64,000 bases of DNA from the NCBI GenBank assembly GCA_964016885.1, contig OZ024753.1:8618001-8682000 (forward strand), in the 5' to 3' direction. Every line of letters starts with the position of its first letter. Positions within the stretch are counted from its first letter, which is position 1. A program made the translations under genes and the position numbers. Source of the stretch: Eledone cirrhosa. Taxonomy: Eukaryota. Below are positions 1 to 13,752 of this stretch, piece by piece. The notes beneath the pieces are model-generated. The model was not told the DNA's origin and did not search any database. It saw nothing but the letters and a program-made list of their open reading frames with translations.

Positions 1-221
1 AACCCTAGAGCAAATATTTATTAAAAGCAGCGATTCTTTGCTTAAACTTTAATCTGTTATTTTAATATATACATATATATATAAGTATTAAATTGTTAAA
101 CAATATTCAATGATTATGTCAAAGAATGATTTTTACAGTTGATTGGACGCACTCAACGGTAAAAATAATTTTCAGGAGTTATTAATATAAGTATTAATAA
201 AATAGATGTTCTTTTGATCAC

Positions 222-282
222 TTACATTTTATTATACATATTTCGGATGTACAACAGTACGTCCTCATCAGACAAAATATAA
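222..282 (-). ncRNA. Minimal hammerhead ribozyme
   Basis: Minus strand reads TTATATTTTGT-CTGATGA-GGACGTAC(TGTT)GTACATCC-GAA-ATATGTAT-A|ATAAAATGTAA; stems I and II pair. Confidence 0.7.
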
Positions 283-363
283 TGATACATGACATACTCT
301 GAGATGTTAAATGGTTAAGATTTAATCTTAACCATTTAACATCTCAGGGTATGTCATGTATCA

Positions 364-424
364 TTATATTTTCTCTGATGAGGACGTACTGTTGTACATC
401 CGAAATATGTATAATAAAATGTAA
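364..424 (+). ncRNA. Inverted copy of hammerhead 222-282
   Basis: CTGATGA at 375, GAAA at 402, one stem I substitution. Confidence 0.65.
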
Positions 425-638
425 GTGATCAAAAGAACATCTATTTTATTAATGAAACTAGCTAGCTCGTTAAAGGTGTAGACACAATAGAGGTAACGAG
501 AGTAATTATTGATACAAAGACAGGTAAGTGTTATTAATACTTATATATATATATATAATTACATTTTATTATACATATTTCGGATGTACAACAGTATATA
601 TATATAAGTATTAATAAAATAGATGTTCTTTTGATCAA

Positions 639-699
639 TTACATTTTATTATACCTATTTCGGATGTACAACAGTACGTCCTCATCAGACAAAATATAA
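639..699 (-). ncRNA. Third copy of hammerhead 222-282
   Basis: Same sequence with one stem III change. Confidence 0.6.
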
Positions 700-1088
700 T
701 GATACATGATATATATAATGATACAAGGTATAATTCTCATTAATTATTCACTGTATTTGAAATATTTTAACCATTAAATACATAGTTACATTCTAAAGGA
801 TCTTTAGATTCTAGATTCTCTCTCATTCTATCCTATCACTAATCCTTAAAGCAACATAGCAGAAATAAAGATAGAAAAACGAAAAAAGACATGTAGAAGA
901 AACCTCAGGCATTTCATTTTTTTTCTCTCTGAAGCTAATTATCTAAAGACATTCTTCATTTTACTGGATGTTTCTCCAAATATTCAGGAACGTATTCAAT
1001 TTGCTGGTCCACTTAGGCTTCAGAACCAGTTCCCCTGCCCCTGTCCCCCAAAAAATATTCACCAGTTAAGTATATTTGTTGTTTGCAG

Positions 1089-1382
1089 ATATAACTCTTA
1101 CAGGCACAGCCTATGTTCAGAACACAGAGCCTATCCACCTGATCTGTAATGCTACCAACAGTGTACAGTCTCCTCGGGATATCACATGGTACAAGGACGG
1201 AGAAATCATTACTAGGGGTGTCTTACGAAGGGTTGTAATAACTCGACGTCAAGTCTCTCCAAGAACTCTTATCAGTGAGCTAAAAATAGCGCGGAGTAAC
1301 ACTGGAGATGACGGCATCTATGTGTGCCGAACATCTGACCTGGAAGTCACTCGATTTAAAGTGAATGTTTTAAATACGTATG
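1089..1382 (+). CDS. Ig-domain exon (phase 1-1) of a ZIG-8/Dpr-like IgSF cell-surface protein
   Basis: Acceptor tttgcag at 1088, donor G|gttagt at 1383. Translation (D)ITLTGTAYVQNTEPIHLICNAT..ITWYKDG..LISELKI..DDGIYVCRTS..VNVLNTY has the canonical Ig Cys/Trp/DxGxYxC pattern. Confidence 0.9.
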
Positions 1383-1905
1383 GTTAGTAATTTAGACTCC
1401 CTCTATTTGAATGCATTGCACATGTTATTGTTATCAAACTTCTCTCTATATATATCTATCTATCTATCTATCTATCTTTCTGTCTCTCTTTCCCTCACAT
1501 AAAGACTTGCTCACAATAAAAAGACTTCTGCATGGAATATTGTCGTAGTGGAATGCTTTAAAACCATTTTTTGTCATTGGTTTGTTAAACTATATATTCT
1601 CAACTGTTTGTGCTATTTTGACTGTATTTAAGATTATAAAAATATTGTATTTTCTTTATTCTTGTTACAATTTAAGGAATGAACAAAACTGCTTTTAAAT
1701 TTCAAAGGTGTCCTCCTATGAGTTGAAATCAATGTTGTTCTTTGTTTTCTGTTGATTTTTTTTTTTTACTTTTATAATTTTTTTTTCATTAAAGTAAATG
1801 TTTACTGCAATGCATCTATTTAGGGAGAAATATTTATGCTATTTATTTATTTAACATTCCAAAGGAACAATTATTTAGTGAAGCTGTATACATATTTCCT
1901 TACAG

Positions 1906-2063
1906 CAATCTCCTATGATATGACTTCCCTAAATTATCCAAGCATCACACTGCTACAGATATGTTTTAAATCATCTGACAAATCAACTGACAGAAATAAC
2001 CAATTACCATTTTATAAATCACTTCTCATTTCAATAATTATTCTTATTTTATTCATGATATAA
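1906..2063 (+). CDS. Probable terminal exon encoding a C-terminal GPI-anchor signal
   Basis: Acceptor catatttccttacag at 1905 is phase-compatible with exon 1089-1382. Encodes a polar spacer, then hydrophobic SLLISIIILILFMI-stop with no cytoplasmic tail. Confidence 0.6.
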
Positions 2064-2814
2064 TATAATTATCACTCCTTAATTATCACATTTTTGAAGG
2101 TTTATTATTTCCCATCTCATTTATATTTTTTCCTTCAATAATTCAAATTGACACAGTCCATCCCAAACTATAGAGACGCCACCAGAATCACAATTATATT
2201 CAATTAATATATTAAAAGAAAAACTGCCAAATGAATATTTATCCCATAAAAACTCTGATGTCATTGACTTGGTAGTGTGTAGGCTTTTGTATTTGTTCAG
2301 AAATAGATTACAATTATTTTATTTAAAAAATAAAACTGAGCAATAAAGTGAACTAAACTATATGAGAATATATTCAAAATGTTATAGGCATTATTGTATA
2401 TTATTATTGGCAGTATCGGTAGAGTGTCAGATGCCATGCTTTGCAGCATAGAGTTATGCCCCTTTATGATCTGAGTTCAAATCCCGCTGAGGTCAACTTT
2501 GCCTTTCATCCTTATGGGATCGATAAAATAAAGTACCAGTAACGTACTGCGATAATTGCTGGCCTTGTGCCAAAAGTAGAAACAATTATTATGAAGGCAT
2601 GTTGCTTAGTGGTTAGAGTGTTGGATTTGCAATCATGAGGTTGTGAGTTTGATTCCTAGACTGAAAACTGTATTATGTCTTAGAGCAAGACACTTTATTT
2701 CATGTCTGTCAGAAGTTGCGACTGGTAGGTAGTATCAGCAATAGAAAAACCTATGTAAACATTGTTGTTGTTTTTTTCTTTTTGCTCTGGCAATTCAACC
2801 ATTCCAAGGATGAT

Positions 2815-3545
2815 ATCATAATCCGGTGGCCTCAGCCAATATCAACTCAACAATTGATCTCCACGTGGGTCTGTCGTTCATTGTCATTGCCAAATCCTGG
2901 ATTTCAATACCAGAATCTCTGGCGATGACATCGGGATAGGAGAGCTTGTGCCCCCTGTTATTAGTGACTGCTTGTGGCTTCCACAGCACTAGTGGGGACA
3001 CGGCGTCATAGGTGGCATGATGGCAGTGGCCAGCAATTTGGGATAGGAGAGCTTGTGTCCCCTGTTATTAGTGACTGCTTGTGGTTTCCAAAGCACTAAT
3101 GGGGACACGGCGTCATAGGTGGCACGATGGCAGAGGCCAGCAAATCGGGATAGGAGAGCTTGTGCCCCCTGTTATTAGTGACTGCTTGTGGTTTCCAAAG
3201 CATTAATGGGGACACAGCGTCATAGGTGGCATGATGGCAGTGGCCAGCGATTTGGGGTAGGAGAGCTTGTTCCCCCTGTTATTAGTGACTGCTTGTGGTT
3301 TCCACAGCACTAATGGGGACACAACGTCATAGGTGGCACGATGGCAGAGGACAGCAAATCGGGATAGCAGAGCTTGCGCCCCTTGTTATTAGTGACTGCT
3401 TGTGGTTTCCACAGCACTAATGGGGACACGGTGTCATAGGTGGCATGATGGCAGTGGTCAGCAAATCGGGATAGCAGAGCTTGCGCCCCTTGTTATTAGT
3501 GACTGCTTGTGGTTTCCACAGCACTAGTGGGGACACAGCCTCAGA
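2815..3545 (-). mobile_element. RTE 3' fragment with internal 107-bp tandem amplification (about 5.7 units, 2933-3545)
   Basis: Encodes LWKPQAVTNNRGHKLSYPD..MNDRPTWRSIV; an unamplified homolog lies at 57335-57710. Confidence 0.8.
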
Positions 3546-4024
3546 GGGGGCACAATGATATAGTAGGGTTTTATTAACCGATGGTTGGGTCCTTAGGGTT
3601 TTAGGTATACCGGTCCCCCTCATTTTGCACCACACTACAGCAAAAAATTAAGAAATGATGGGTTCGTAGTACTTGTAAGGCCACAAAGCTTCTTCAGCCT
3701 AGTCAGCCATCTGAATAATATAGCCATGTTATATAGTATGGATATGAAATGCCTATGGTAATATACCATATATACTCAAACATAAGCCAATCTGTATACA
3801 ACCAAACTCCTCTTTTTCATACCTGAGTATCATCATCATCGATTAACGTCCATCTTCCACACTAGCATGGGTTTGACAGGTCCCATTTTGAGGCAAGTTG
3901 TGTCAGGTGACAGTGTCTCGCTCATATAGAGATGGTTTTCTACAGCTGGATGCCCTTCCTAATGCCAAGTAATAGGCGAAAATCCAAACCCTGTTTATAA
4001 ACTAAAGCAGTACATTGTTTAGAC

Positions 4025-4457
4025 CAGTGGAGGGCCATTTTTGAACATCGGAACCACTATTAGGGCCATTAATATTTATTAAACACTATTCCAAAGATTT
4101 ACCACAACTTCTATCCATAACATGGAACTGGGAAATTATAACACGCATAACCCTATCAGAACAACTATTAGGGCCATTAATATTTATTAAACACTATTCC
4201 AAAGATTTACCACAACTTCTATCCATAACATGGAACTGGGAAATTATTACACACATAACCCTATCAGAACAACTATTAGAGCCATTAATATTTATTAAAC
4301 ACTATTCCAAAGATTCACCACAACATCTTTCCATAACATGGAACTGGGAAATTATAACACACACAACCCTATCAGTGAAGCCCTTTGGTATAGGTCAACT
4401 AATAGAAAATTGTATTACTGGGATTGTGGCCCATGGGCTGCTTGTTGCACGCCCTTG
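4025..4457. mobile_element. hAT-like MITE containing a 108-bp x3 tandem repeat
   Basis: CAGTGG...CCCTTG ends with 8-bp TSD-like flanks gtttagac/atttagat. Confidence 0.5.
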
Positions 4458-4496
4458 ATTTAGATGGTGTATATAAGCCAACCTCTCAATTTACCG

Positions 4497-4705
4497 TCAA
4501 CCTTTGGGTCACATGTTCCTTGGTTTCTATTCAACTATATCAACCTTTGAGTCACATATTCAACCTTTGAGTCACATAGTTAACCTTTGGGTCACATATT
4601 CCTTGGTTTCTATTCAACTATATCAACCTTTGAGTCACATATTCAACCTTTGAGTCACATAGTCAACCTTTGGGTCACATATTCCTTGGTTTCTATTCAA
4701 CTATA
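4497..4705. repeat. Compound minisatellite (tcaacctttg[a/g]gtcacata subunits, about 83-bp period)
   Basis: Direct inspection. Confidence 0.8.
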
Positions 4706-5472
4706 TACAAAGGTTAACACAGCAATTTACTGATTTAGAATTTCATAGCAATAATTAAAAATGTGGTAGAATTGTAAATGTAAATTTAAAGGCATCTTTT
4801 TCTCTCTCTCTTTTTCAATAAAATTATAAAAGTGCAGCATACTATCTGAATATGTGGCCCCCTATGAGATAAAGTTCTATTTTTATCGAAAGCAGCAATT
4901 TAGTGATGTAATTAGATCATCTAATTAAATGCCTTGGTATTTCTTCTGGTTCACTGAGATCTCAATTAAAATCCTATTGAGTTTAATTTTGCTTTTCATC
5001 TATTCAAAGTCAATAAATGAAAGACCTGTCCAGACGTAGTGGATTGGCAGGATCATTACCTTGTGGTATTTAGAACGGTTCTTTGCATTCTCAGCTCAAA
5101 TCCCTACCTCCTTCTGCCTAGATTTGTGACCAGCAGGGAGTATCAATGACCGATGGAAATATTGTTTCTTTGGTCCAATCTGATGATCAACTTCGTTTTC
5201 TATTTTTATGACATGATAATTAACTGGGCTATTTTTTTTCTATTAGGTAAAAATTACCATATATACTGATACTGGAATATAAGCTGAGGAATATGCGACC
5301 AAAAAATCGATAGTAAAATTGAGGGGGGGGGGGCTTATATACACCATTTAAACAAAGTGTTGATTAGCTGCCTTGGTTTATAAATGGGGTTTAGATTTTT
5401 GCCTATTTCTCAGACATAATATAGGAGGTTCAGCTTGAATTCCAATCAACTTATCTTCAAATATATATACAT

Positions 5473-5506
<34 letters not shown>

Positions 5507-5531
5507 ATATATAGGTGTGTATATATATATA

Positions 5532-5595
<64 letters not shown>

Positions 5596-7420
5596 CACAT
5601 ATATATGTATAGAGAGATATAACAAAAAAATAAAGAGGGTGGACCATAACGCACCAGAGTACTCAATACTTAAGGTAGTAGAGTGGGTAATAGGAAAAGT
5701 GTCAGGACCCCGACGGCTAAGCTCTGGTCATTTCAACAGCTAGATCTATCTGTTGAAACGGTCAGAGCTCAGCCATCAGAGGCCTGTCTCTTTTCCTAGA
5801 GAGAGAGATAGATAGATAGATATGTGTATGCATATATATATATATATATATATATGCATACATATACTCAAGTAAATACGATACCTCTGTCAGAACATTA
5901 ACTATGAATTGTTAGGATAATTTAGGTTGACCATAGATGTAACAAGTAATAACAAGTTTAAACTAGTTTCACATACTAATCTAATCATATTTATAATCCA
6001 AAGCTCATAGATACTTTGTATTTAGTTGCAGAGAAGAAATATAACTTGCTAATTACTATTTTCATCTTAATTATCAAAATACAAAGCAATTTGCACATAT
6101 AACACTAGATGCATGCTTAAGTTCATTAAGGAAGTAGGAAAATATAATTACAATTTAATTAATTATAGATATTTTTTTTCAAAAGTCTTTAACGTCAATT
6201 TAAAGTAGACAACTTATGGTATCTGAAATAACAAGATTGGATTGTTTGCCATGAAGAAGAGGAAATGGCGTTGTGTTGAGAATATGTTTCAAGTATAAAT
6301 TTCATATACGAATAAAAGTGTCTTAACATTTTGAAATTGCATAACACCTTTGTATAAAGTGAAATCTTCATAATCATCAAAAATAAAAGTAGATGATTAT
6401 TAACCATTTAAACTAATACCCAATATAATTATTTTCCCCCAATACTTACTATAATGAGACAACAATAATGACTGGAAATATTTGCCATGATGATGATGGT
6501 GATGATGAGAGAGTAAACTGAAAAGAGAACATTGATTTGCTGAATAGATTCAATAATGTATGTGAAATTATATTTAAACAGTATGTTATTGTTATTGAGT
6601 TTTCTCCTAAGTAGCATGTCATGGGGTGAGATTTGGAACAACTTATGTTCTGCTTCATAGATCAGAAATTATGAAATAAAGCAACATTATGAGGTGGGGG
6701 TTGGATGGGGGTGAAAGAGAAGACGAAAAATGTTTCATTTATGAAATGTTTTCTTTATGAATTCATGAATAATTATATTTATATGCTTCTAAAATGAGTT
6801 ATTACAAAACTAGTAAAGGTTGATTTGAGTTATTAACCTCACCATTTGTTCATCCATTTGACCAGTATACTCTGTGTAAGTGTGTGAGCTTTAGTGATCC
6901 ATCTGTCATCAGCTGATGATAAGTCAATAACCTGACTTTCCAGGATCAGTAGTATTTATTCCACTCTGAATGATAATAAGCCTGACTGTATTCTAGATGT
7001 GACACAAGAGAACCAACTTTAGCTCACAGCAGCTTTGCAAACTAACAAAACACACCTCAATACTATAGTAATGCCACCCTATTACTTCAAACAACAATGC
7101 TGTCTCTTCTATTTCTCTCTCCACATTAGACCTTTCATCATTAATTATCCCCATCTGAGGATTGCATCTGCGGATGAAACTTTCAGTAATGAGATGTAAA
7201 GAAGCCTGAGCTAATATATACAATAAATTTACTCTACCCAGGTATAGAGTTCTTTCTTTTTCTTTCAATTTATCCATAAAGTTATTTTGTATACTTTGTA
7301 AGTAGAAATGAAATATTTACAAATCAACTCTTGTTGGGCTCTTACTATTTCAACAGCTAGTTCCATATATGTATGTATATATGTATTTACATATATGTAT
7401 GTATATATACACATATATAT

Positions 7421-7472
<52 letters not shown>

Positions 7473-8989
7473 ACATATGTATCGACAGTCAATCGACAAG
7501 ATCCCAGGCTTCATTTGCTTAACGAGTGGGGTTGAGCTCATCAAATCGGACTGAGAAAACAATGTTTCCATCGGTCTTTCCAATTGCTAATACTATCTGT
7601 CAGTCGCAAATCCAGGCAGAAGGAGCAATGTGAAATAAAGTGTCTTGCTCAAGGACATATCATGTCGCTCGGTCTGGGAATCGAACTCACAACCTCACAA
7701 TTGTGAATCCAATTCTCTAACCACTCAGCCATGTGCCTTCAGATATGTGTGTGTATATATATATATTTGTGTGTGTATTTATTCATTTATTTATTCAATT
7801 TATACGTCCGTATAGAGCTAGTAAGCCATGACAGACTCGGGGAAGTATCAAGTACTCCTTACAGTTGGTTTGGTAATCAAAGAGAGCTAGTGAGACAATA
7901 AAAAGAAAACGAAAAAAACTAAAAACTGAAATAGAAAATTTTTTTAAAAAGTGTAAAGGGGAAAAATATAAAATAACAAAAATAACATTTCAAATATATA
8001 TATATATATTCACTGTAAATGAGGTTGGTGTTAGGAAGGGCATCCAGCTTTAGAAATCAAGCCAAAATCAGTTCCTGTATGAGGAAGACAAGGTCACCCG
8101 ACCTGGCATTGCTCACAACAGGACAACCAGTCTAACCCATGCTAGCGTGGAAGAATGGACGCAAAATGGTGATGATGATGATATATATGTGTGTGTGTGA
8201 GTGAGACAATCTTACAAAATACCAATCACATTTTGGGAGACCTGTATGGATTCACAAGGATAAGATAGAAACAAAACCAAACCATCTTGTGCCTCTGATT
8301 TATGATAAGTTTGGCTGAAAAGATACAAAAAAATAAAAAATCTGTCATGATATAAGCATAAAATGGAGGAGAAAAGAAACCCTAGATTTCACATTAGCCT
8401 CAACAAGCTGAGAATTACCTAAGGAGGTAATGTAAATCTTAATAACACTAGATAACCCTGGAGGATGTTAAACATGAATTTTTATGATCAGTTCTGTGGT
8501 ATCAAGAAACAGTTGAGAGAGAAATCTATTCCCAAGAGATTTATAATACTAGTCTTTCACAAGAAACGTTCTAATACCTATTCCCCCATAGCTGGGTAGA
8601 CTTAGGCAATGTATAATTAGGCATATAAGAAAGAGAAATTTAACAGAATATTTCCTGTAGAATATCCCAATATCCCACTTGTAAAAGGAACTTATAAATT
8701 GAAGACTATTGGAAAACTCAGATCAGAGAAATATTTGCATAAACATCGTTAAAGAGCTTAACAGTTGACTACCCATCTTATTGCTAATATCTCATCTCTC
8801 AACTGTGAAGTAAGTTTGGCACATTATTTATTGCTGAGATAGAAAGGCAGTGAAGTGGAAGACAATAGAATAATGTATTAAATACATGGTGTAGTTTCAT
8901 TCCTTTTGTATGTGGGTTCAAATCCTGCTGGGATTAACTTTGCCTTTTATCCCTCCAGAGTCAATAAAATCAGTATTAACTCTTAGAAT

Positions 8990-9308
8990 TTACATGACTG
9001 TGTATAAGAGGGATAAGTAGTAGTGTGTGGGAGAGGAGTCTGTGTTGGTATGGACATGTGATGTGCATGGAGTATAACTGCTGGGTAAAGAAGTGCCAAG
9101 AAATCTCACTAGAAGACAGACACAGTAGAGGAAGACCAGGAAAAACATGGGCGAAGGTGGTGAGAGCTGATCTCAGATCACTGAAGCTCATGGAGGAGAT
9201 GACGAAGGACTGTGACGAATGGAGATGCTGTGCTGAATAGGAGCCGTCCCACCCTTGCAAGCAGGGAAAAGTGGCCGTAAAATGATAATGATGATGATGA
9301 TGATGATT
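8990..9308 (+). mobile_element. RTE 3' fragment with (GAT)n tail shared with SINE family A
   Basis: [16 protein letters not shown], then gtcccacccttgcaagcaggg tail. Confidence 0.8.
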
Positions 9309-12300
9309 ACTCTATATATACCATTGTATTTTCATGGTAAACGCTTTATCTCTCACAATTATCTCACATAATATCGAATCTATGAGACTTTTATATTATT
9401 TATTTTGAGAACAATACCTTAACATAAGTATGAATGGCTAGTTACAGCTGGTTTGAACAGAAAAAGGAGAGAGAATTCTTACCGATACGGCCGGTTTAAA
9501 TGCTAAAGGGTTAAGGGTGCTTCTATCATCTATAAACCCCACCATGTGGAGCTTTGTACCTATATGTGTCACATAACCCATACTAATGTGAAAGATGGAC
9601 ATTAAACAATGATGATGATGATGATGATTGCTGAGAAAGTCCCTATGGTAATAAATTATTGTCAAACTCTGTCTGTGGTGTCATTTCAATCCCAACTAAG
9701 TTACTTTGTCATTATTACCTTTCCCAAAATACTATTTGATCTTAGCTTGCTGCGGTTAGCTTTGCTTTCATACTTACAGGGGTCCATAAATAAAGTACCA
9801 GTAACACACTGGGGTCGATTTAATTGACATTCCACTCCCTCTAAGATTGTTGGCCATGTGTCTAAATCAGAAACCATTATTAGCCTTCCAAGGGTGGTGG
9901 ATTGGCAGTATTGGTAGAGGGTCGGACGCCATGCTTTGACGCAGAGTTACGGTCCTTGCCATTCTGAGTTCAAATCCCGCCGAGGTTAACTTTGCCTTTC
10001 ATCCTTATGGGGTCGATAAAATAAAGTACCAGTAATACACTGGATAATTGCTGGCCTTGTGCCAAAAGTAGAAATAATTATTAGCCTTCCAATCAAACAT
10101 TTCCTCTAAATCTGATTATTTTCATCATTTTCATTGTTATTCAATACCTTCATAGTATTAGTGAAGGTACATAGCTTAGTGGTTTGGGTGTTCAGCACAA
10201 AGTCTTCATTTCAATGCCCAGGGGTGTGTTGCCTCCTTTATTTCATGTGGCTTCAGTCCATTAAACTGGCAAAAATGAGTTGTACCTGTAATTCAAAGTT
10301 CCAGTTTTTCTACACACTATTCCATACTGAATCTCCCTGAGAACTGCATTAAGGATGCACATGTCTACGGAATACTCAGTCACATGCATATTAATTTCAT
10401 AAATATTCCAGTTGATCAAATTAACTTGAATACTCAGCCAAGGTCCAACACAGTCAGTATCAAGGTAATATTTGAAGAGCAGAAAATACATGAGTTCTGT
10501 TTGAGGTCACTTTAACCTTTTTGTCACCAGCTTGGCCAAAACCAGCTCTGGTTCTGTGAAATAAAACCACCCATTTTAAAGATTTCCAATTTATATTAAA
10601 CTCTTCCAACATAATGTTATTTAAGAACCTTACATTAATTTACAATCTTAGTAATGAAATAATTAATAATTTTAGTAAATCCCTTAAAATTTTCATTAAT
10701 TGATTAAAATACAGTCTATTTCATTAGAAATACAGTCATTAAAGGGTTAATCAACTTTCTCATCCGCCACAATTGTTGGACTTGTGCCTAAACCAGAAAT
10801 TATTCTGTTTAGTCTGAATTAGAAGGTTTGGGCTGGTATACTCTCTAGTCTCTGTTGGAATGAGAGATTAATATGGCCCTGCAAGATGGTAAGAATTAAT
10901 GTTCAGATTAATCTCTTGAAGATTGGTGACTAAAAGTAAAAAATTACTTGAGGGGAGATTTTTAAAAGGAGTAAGTTCTAGAATGGAGAAATTGTGATAT
11001 TATTAGGAAATAAAAAATTGCAATGTTCGTGCTTAAAACCCTACATCTGATTCTAACCAGGAACCAGACCTGGGTCATAGACTCATAATTCATATACCAT
11101 CTGGCCACCATAAGCTATTAGAATGTATAATATTTCTTTAATATATATATATATATATATAAAAAATAAAAACTATATAACATGTATATATATAGTTTAT
11201 TTACTGAATGAAACATTATTCTTTAATGCTATCATAATGATCACAGTTTATCAGATACAGTTTATCGCATTTCTTTTAACTTTTGTAGCCAGTTATTGTG
11301 TTGTTATTGTTGTTTCATAAATGATTCTTTGGCGAGGTCTCTGACAAACATTTTACAATGGCAGTTTGTCTGCAACTTTAGCTTATCAAATAGTTGAACA
11401 CCAGATGTAGCCCATTTCAAATTTATAGGTTCTTTACATTTACTTTCTTTACTCTTTGAAAATAAAATTATTAAAAACCCATATAGTTGCTAATTTGTTT
11501 ACAAAGTCATTTATCCATTGTTGCTAATGTATTTATAGTTTTAGTTTTAGTTTTTCGTTGGTTTTATTTTTGAACTTTTTTCTAATTTTCATTGTAAATA
11601 TTTTACAGTATATATTGATTGCGATATTTTGTACTGATTATGGCCATTTCAGTAAGATCAAAGTATGAGGATCAACATTCCAATCCTTATCACAAAATTT
11701 GGCTTGCTGTTAAAAGAAACAAATTTGGAATGAATCCATTCAATGCTGAAGGCCAACATTGCCTTTCATCAGCTCTTGGATTGGTCAGAGCTAGAAATAT
11801 TCTGGTTATTGCATTGTTTTGCTAGTTTGTTTGAATACTATTATATACATAGGCAAAACCAAAAATACATGAGACTATTGAGTACTAAACTAGACATGAG
11901 GTCAATGGTTTTTACCCTGACAATAGCAACTGTGTTTTATGTAACCAAAGCACTTTTGAATTCTCAGACTAGCAAAGCTGCATAGTTAATATGGCTGACA
12001 GAAATTAGCCAGTTCTTATTGTCATTGTCATCATTTAATGTCTATATTCCATGGTTAATATGGATTAGGGGATTATCTTATTTTGAAGTTAGATTGTTCA
12101 GGTGGCCATGTTTTGCTCATATGTTCCAGTTTAGTTTGGGCATGGTTTCTATAGATGGATGCATTTCCTAACACCAACCACTTTACAGCGTGTACTGAGA
12201 ATATTTTATTGTAGTACCAGCGCTACCACCTTACAGAGTGGGATGGATGCATTTTATCAGGGCACCAACACTGCGACCTTACACAGTGTAGTGGGTACAT

Positions 12301-13370
12301 TTTATCATGGTACCAGCACTATCACTTATAGAGTGTAGCAGGTGTATTTTATTGTAGCACCAGCACAACCACTTACAGAGTGGGCTAGATGCATTTTATC
12401 TACACTGAATATAACTGTGAAGTTTGGATCATCTTATTTAATGTAGTAAGAGGGGAAATCTAATTAATTAATTCTTATTGAGATGAGGAGCAGGAAATAT
12501 TGACTCAATGACTAATATTTTAATCTATATTTGAGTAAATATGGGTGAAAATTGCAAACATGTTTGCTTCATTAAGAAGGTTTAATAAGACTGAAGTGTA
12601 TCCAGACTTGTTGCCCATACTTGCCACATTGAATTAATATTAGTCATTGAACTAAACTCTTATTAAGCAGTACTCACCAAAAGTTTCATTAAAATAGGAA
12701 GAAAAAAAAAAGGTAGTTGCTTGACAAGATCCGAGACCTCATTTGCTTACCAAGTGGGTGGGTGCACTTCATCAAATTTGACCAAGGAAACAATGTTTCC
12801 ATTGGTCTTTCCATTGCTGATACTATCTTCCAGTCTCAACTCCTAGCAGAAGGATCAATATGACATAAAGTGTCTTACTCAAGGACATAATGCCTCGCCC
12901 GTTCTGGAAATCAAACTTGCAACCTCACGATTGGAAATTAAATCCTAATATCCACAAAGCCACATCCCTTCACTTAAAATAGTTATTTTTAATGCACAGC
13001 AACACTTCTCATTATCATGAAATGCAAAGTTAACCTCCTAGTTTCATATCCATTACTTTTGAAGTAAAAATATGGTTGTGGCTTCAATAAATCTGTGAAC
13101 ATAATATCTGTTTTATTTTTGTTGCCCATAAGTTTATTTACATACATTTATAATATATCATTTCATAAAATTCACAATGAATAATAAATAATATTGATTT
13201 TAGAATGTGTAAATTTTCACAACGGTTAATGATATAATCAATGTATGTTTGTGTATGATTACAATTGTGATCCTATCTTGTATATCTTGATAAAGAATTG
13301 AACCAGCATCTGTTAATTTCCTTTCTCTTAATTATCATAATCAACGTCAATTAGTGATTATTATTAACTA

Positions 13371-13752
13371 GGTGGATTGGCAGTATCGGTAGAGAGTCGG
13401 ACGCCATGCTTTCCAGCATAGTTACGTCCCTTTACGATCTGAGTTCAAATCCCGCCGAGGTTGACTTTGCCTTTCATCCTTACGGGGTCGATAAAATAAA
13501 GTACCAGTAATGCACTGGGTAATTGCTGGCCTTGTGCCTAAAGTAGAAACAATTATTAACTAGGTGAATTGGCAGTGTCGGTAGAGGGTTGGACGCCATG
13601 CTTTCTAGCATAGTTACGTCCCTTTACAGTCTGAGTTCAAATCCCGCCGAGGTTGACTTTGCCTTTCATCCTTACGGGGTCGATAAAATAAAGTACCAGT
13701 AATGTACTGGGTAATTGCTGGCCTTGTGCCTAAAGTAGAAACAATTATTAAC
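13371..13752 (+). mobile_element. tRNA-like SINE family B, head-to-tail dimer (other copies near 2406, 9893, 14490, 19455, 27550, 33385, 38300, 53120; minus near 54960)
   Basis: Unit of about 190 bp with TGGCAGTATCGG and GAGTTCAAATCC boxes, ending agtagaaacaattatt. Confidence 0.85.

Larger units (their letters stand above)
194..453. repeat. Fold-back palindrome, arms about 130 bp
   Basis: Near-perfect inverted repeat centred near 322-323. Confidence 0.9.

Noticed and set aside
8200-8860. Possible ancient retroelement coding remnant
   Set aside because: No motif could be read with confidence; BLASTx would be needed.
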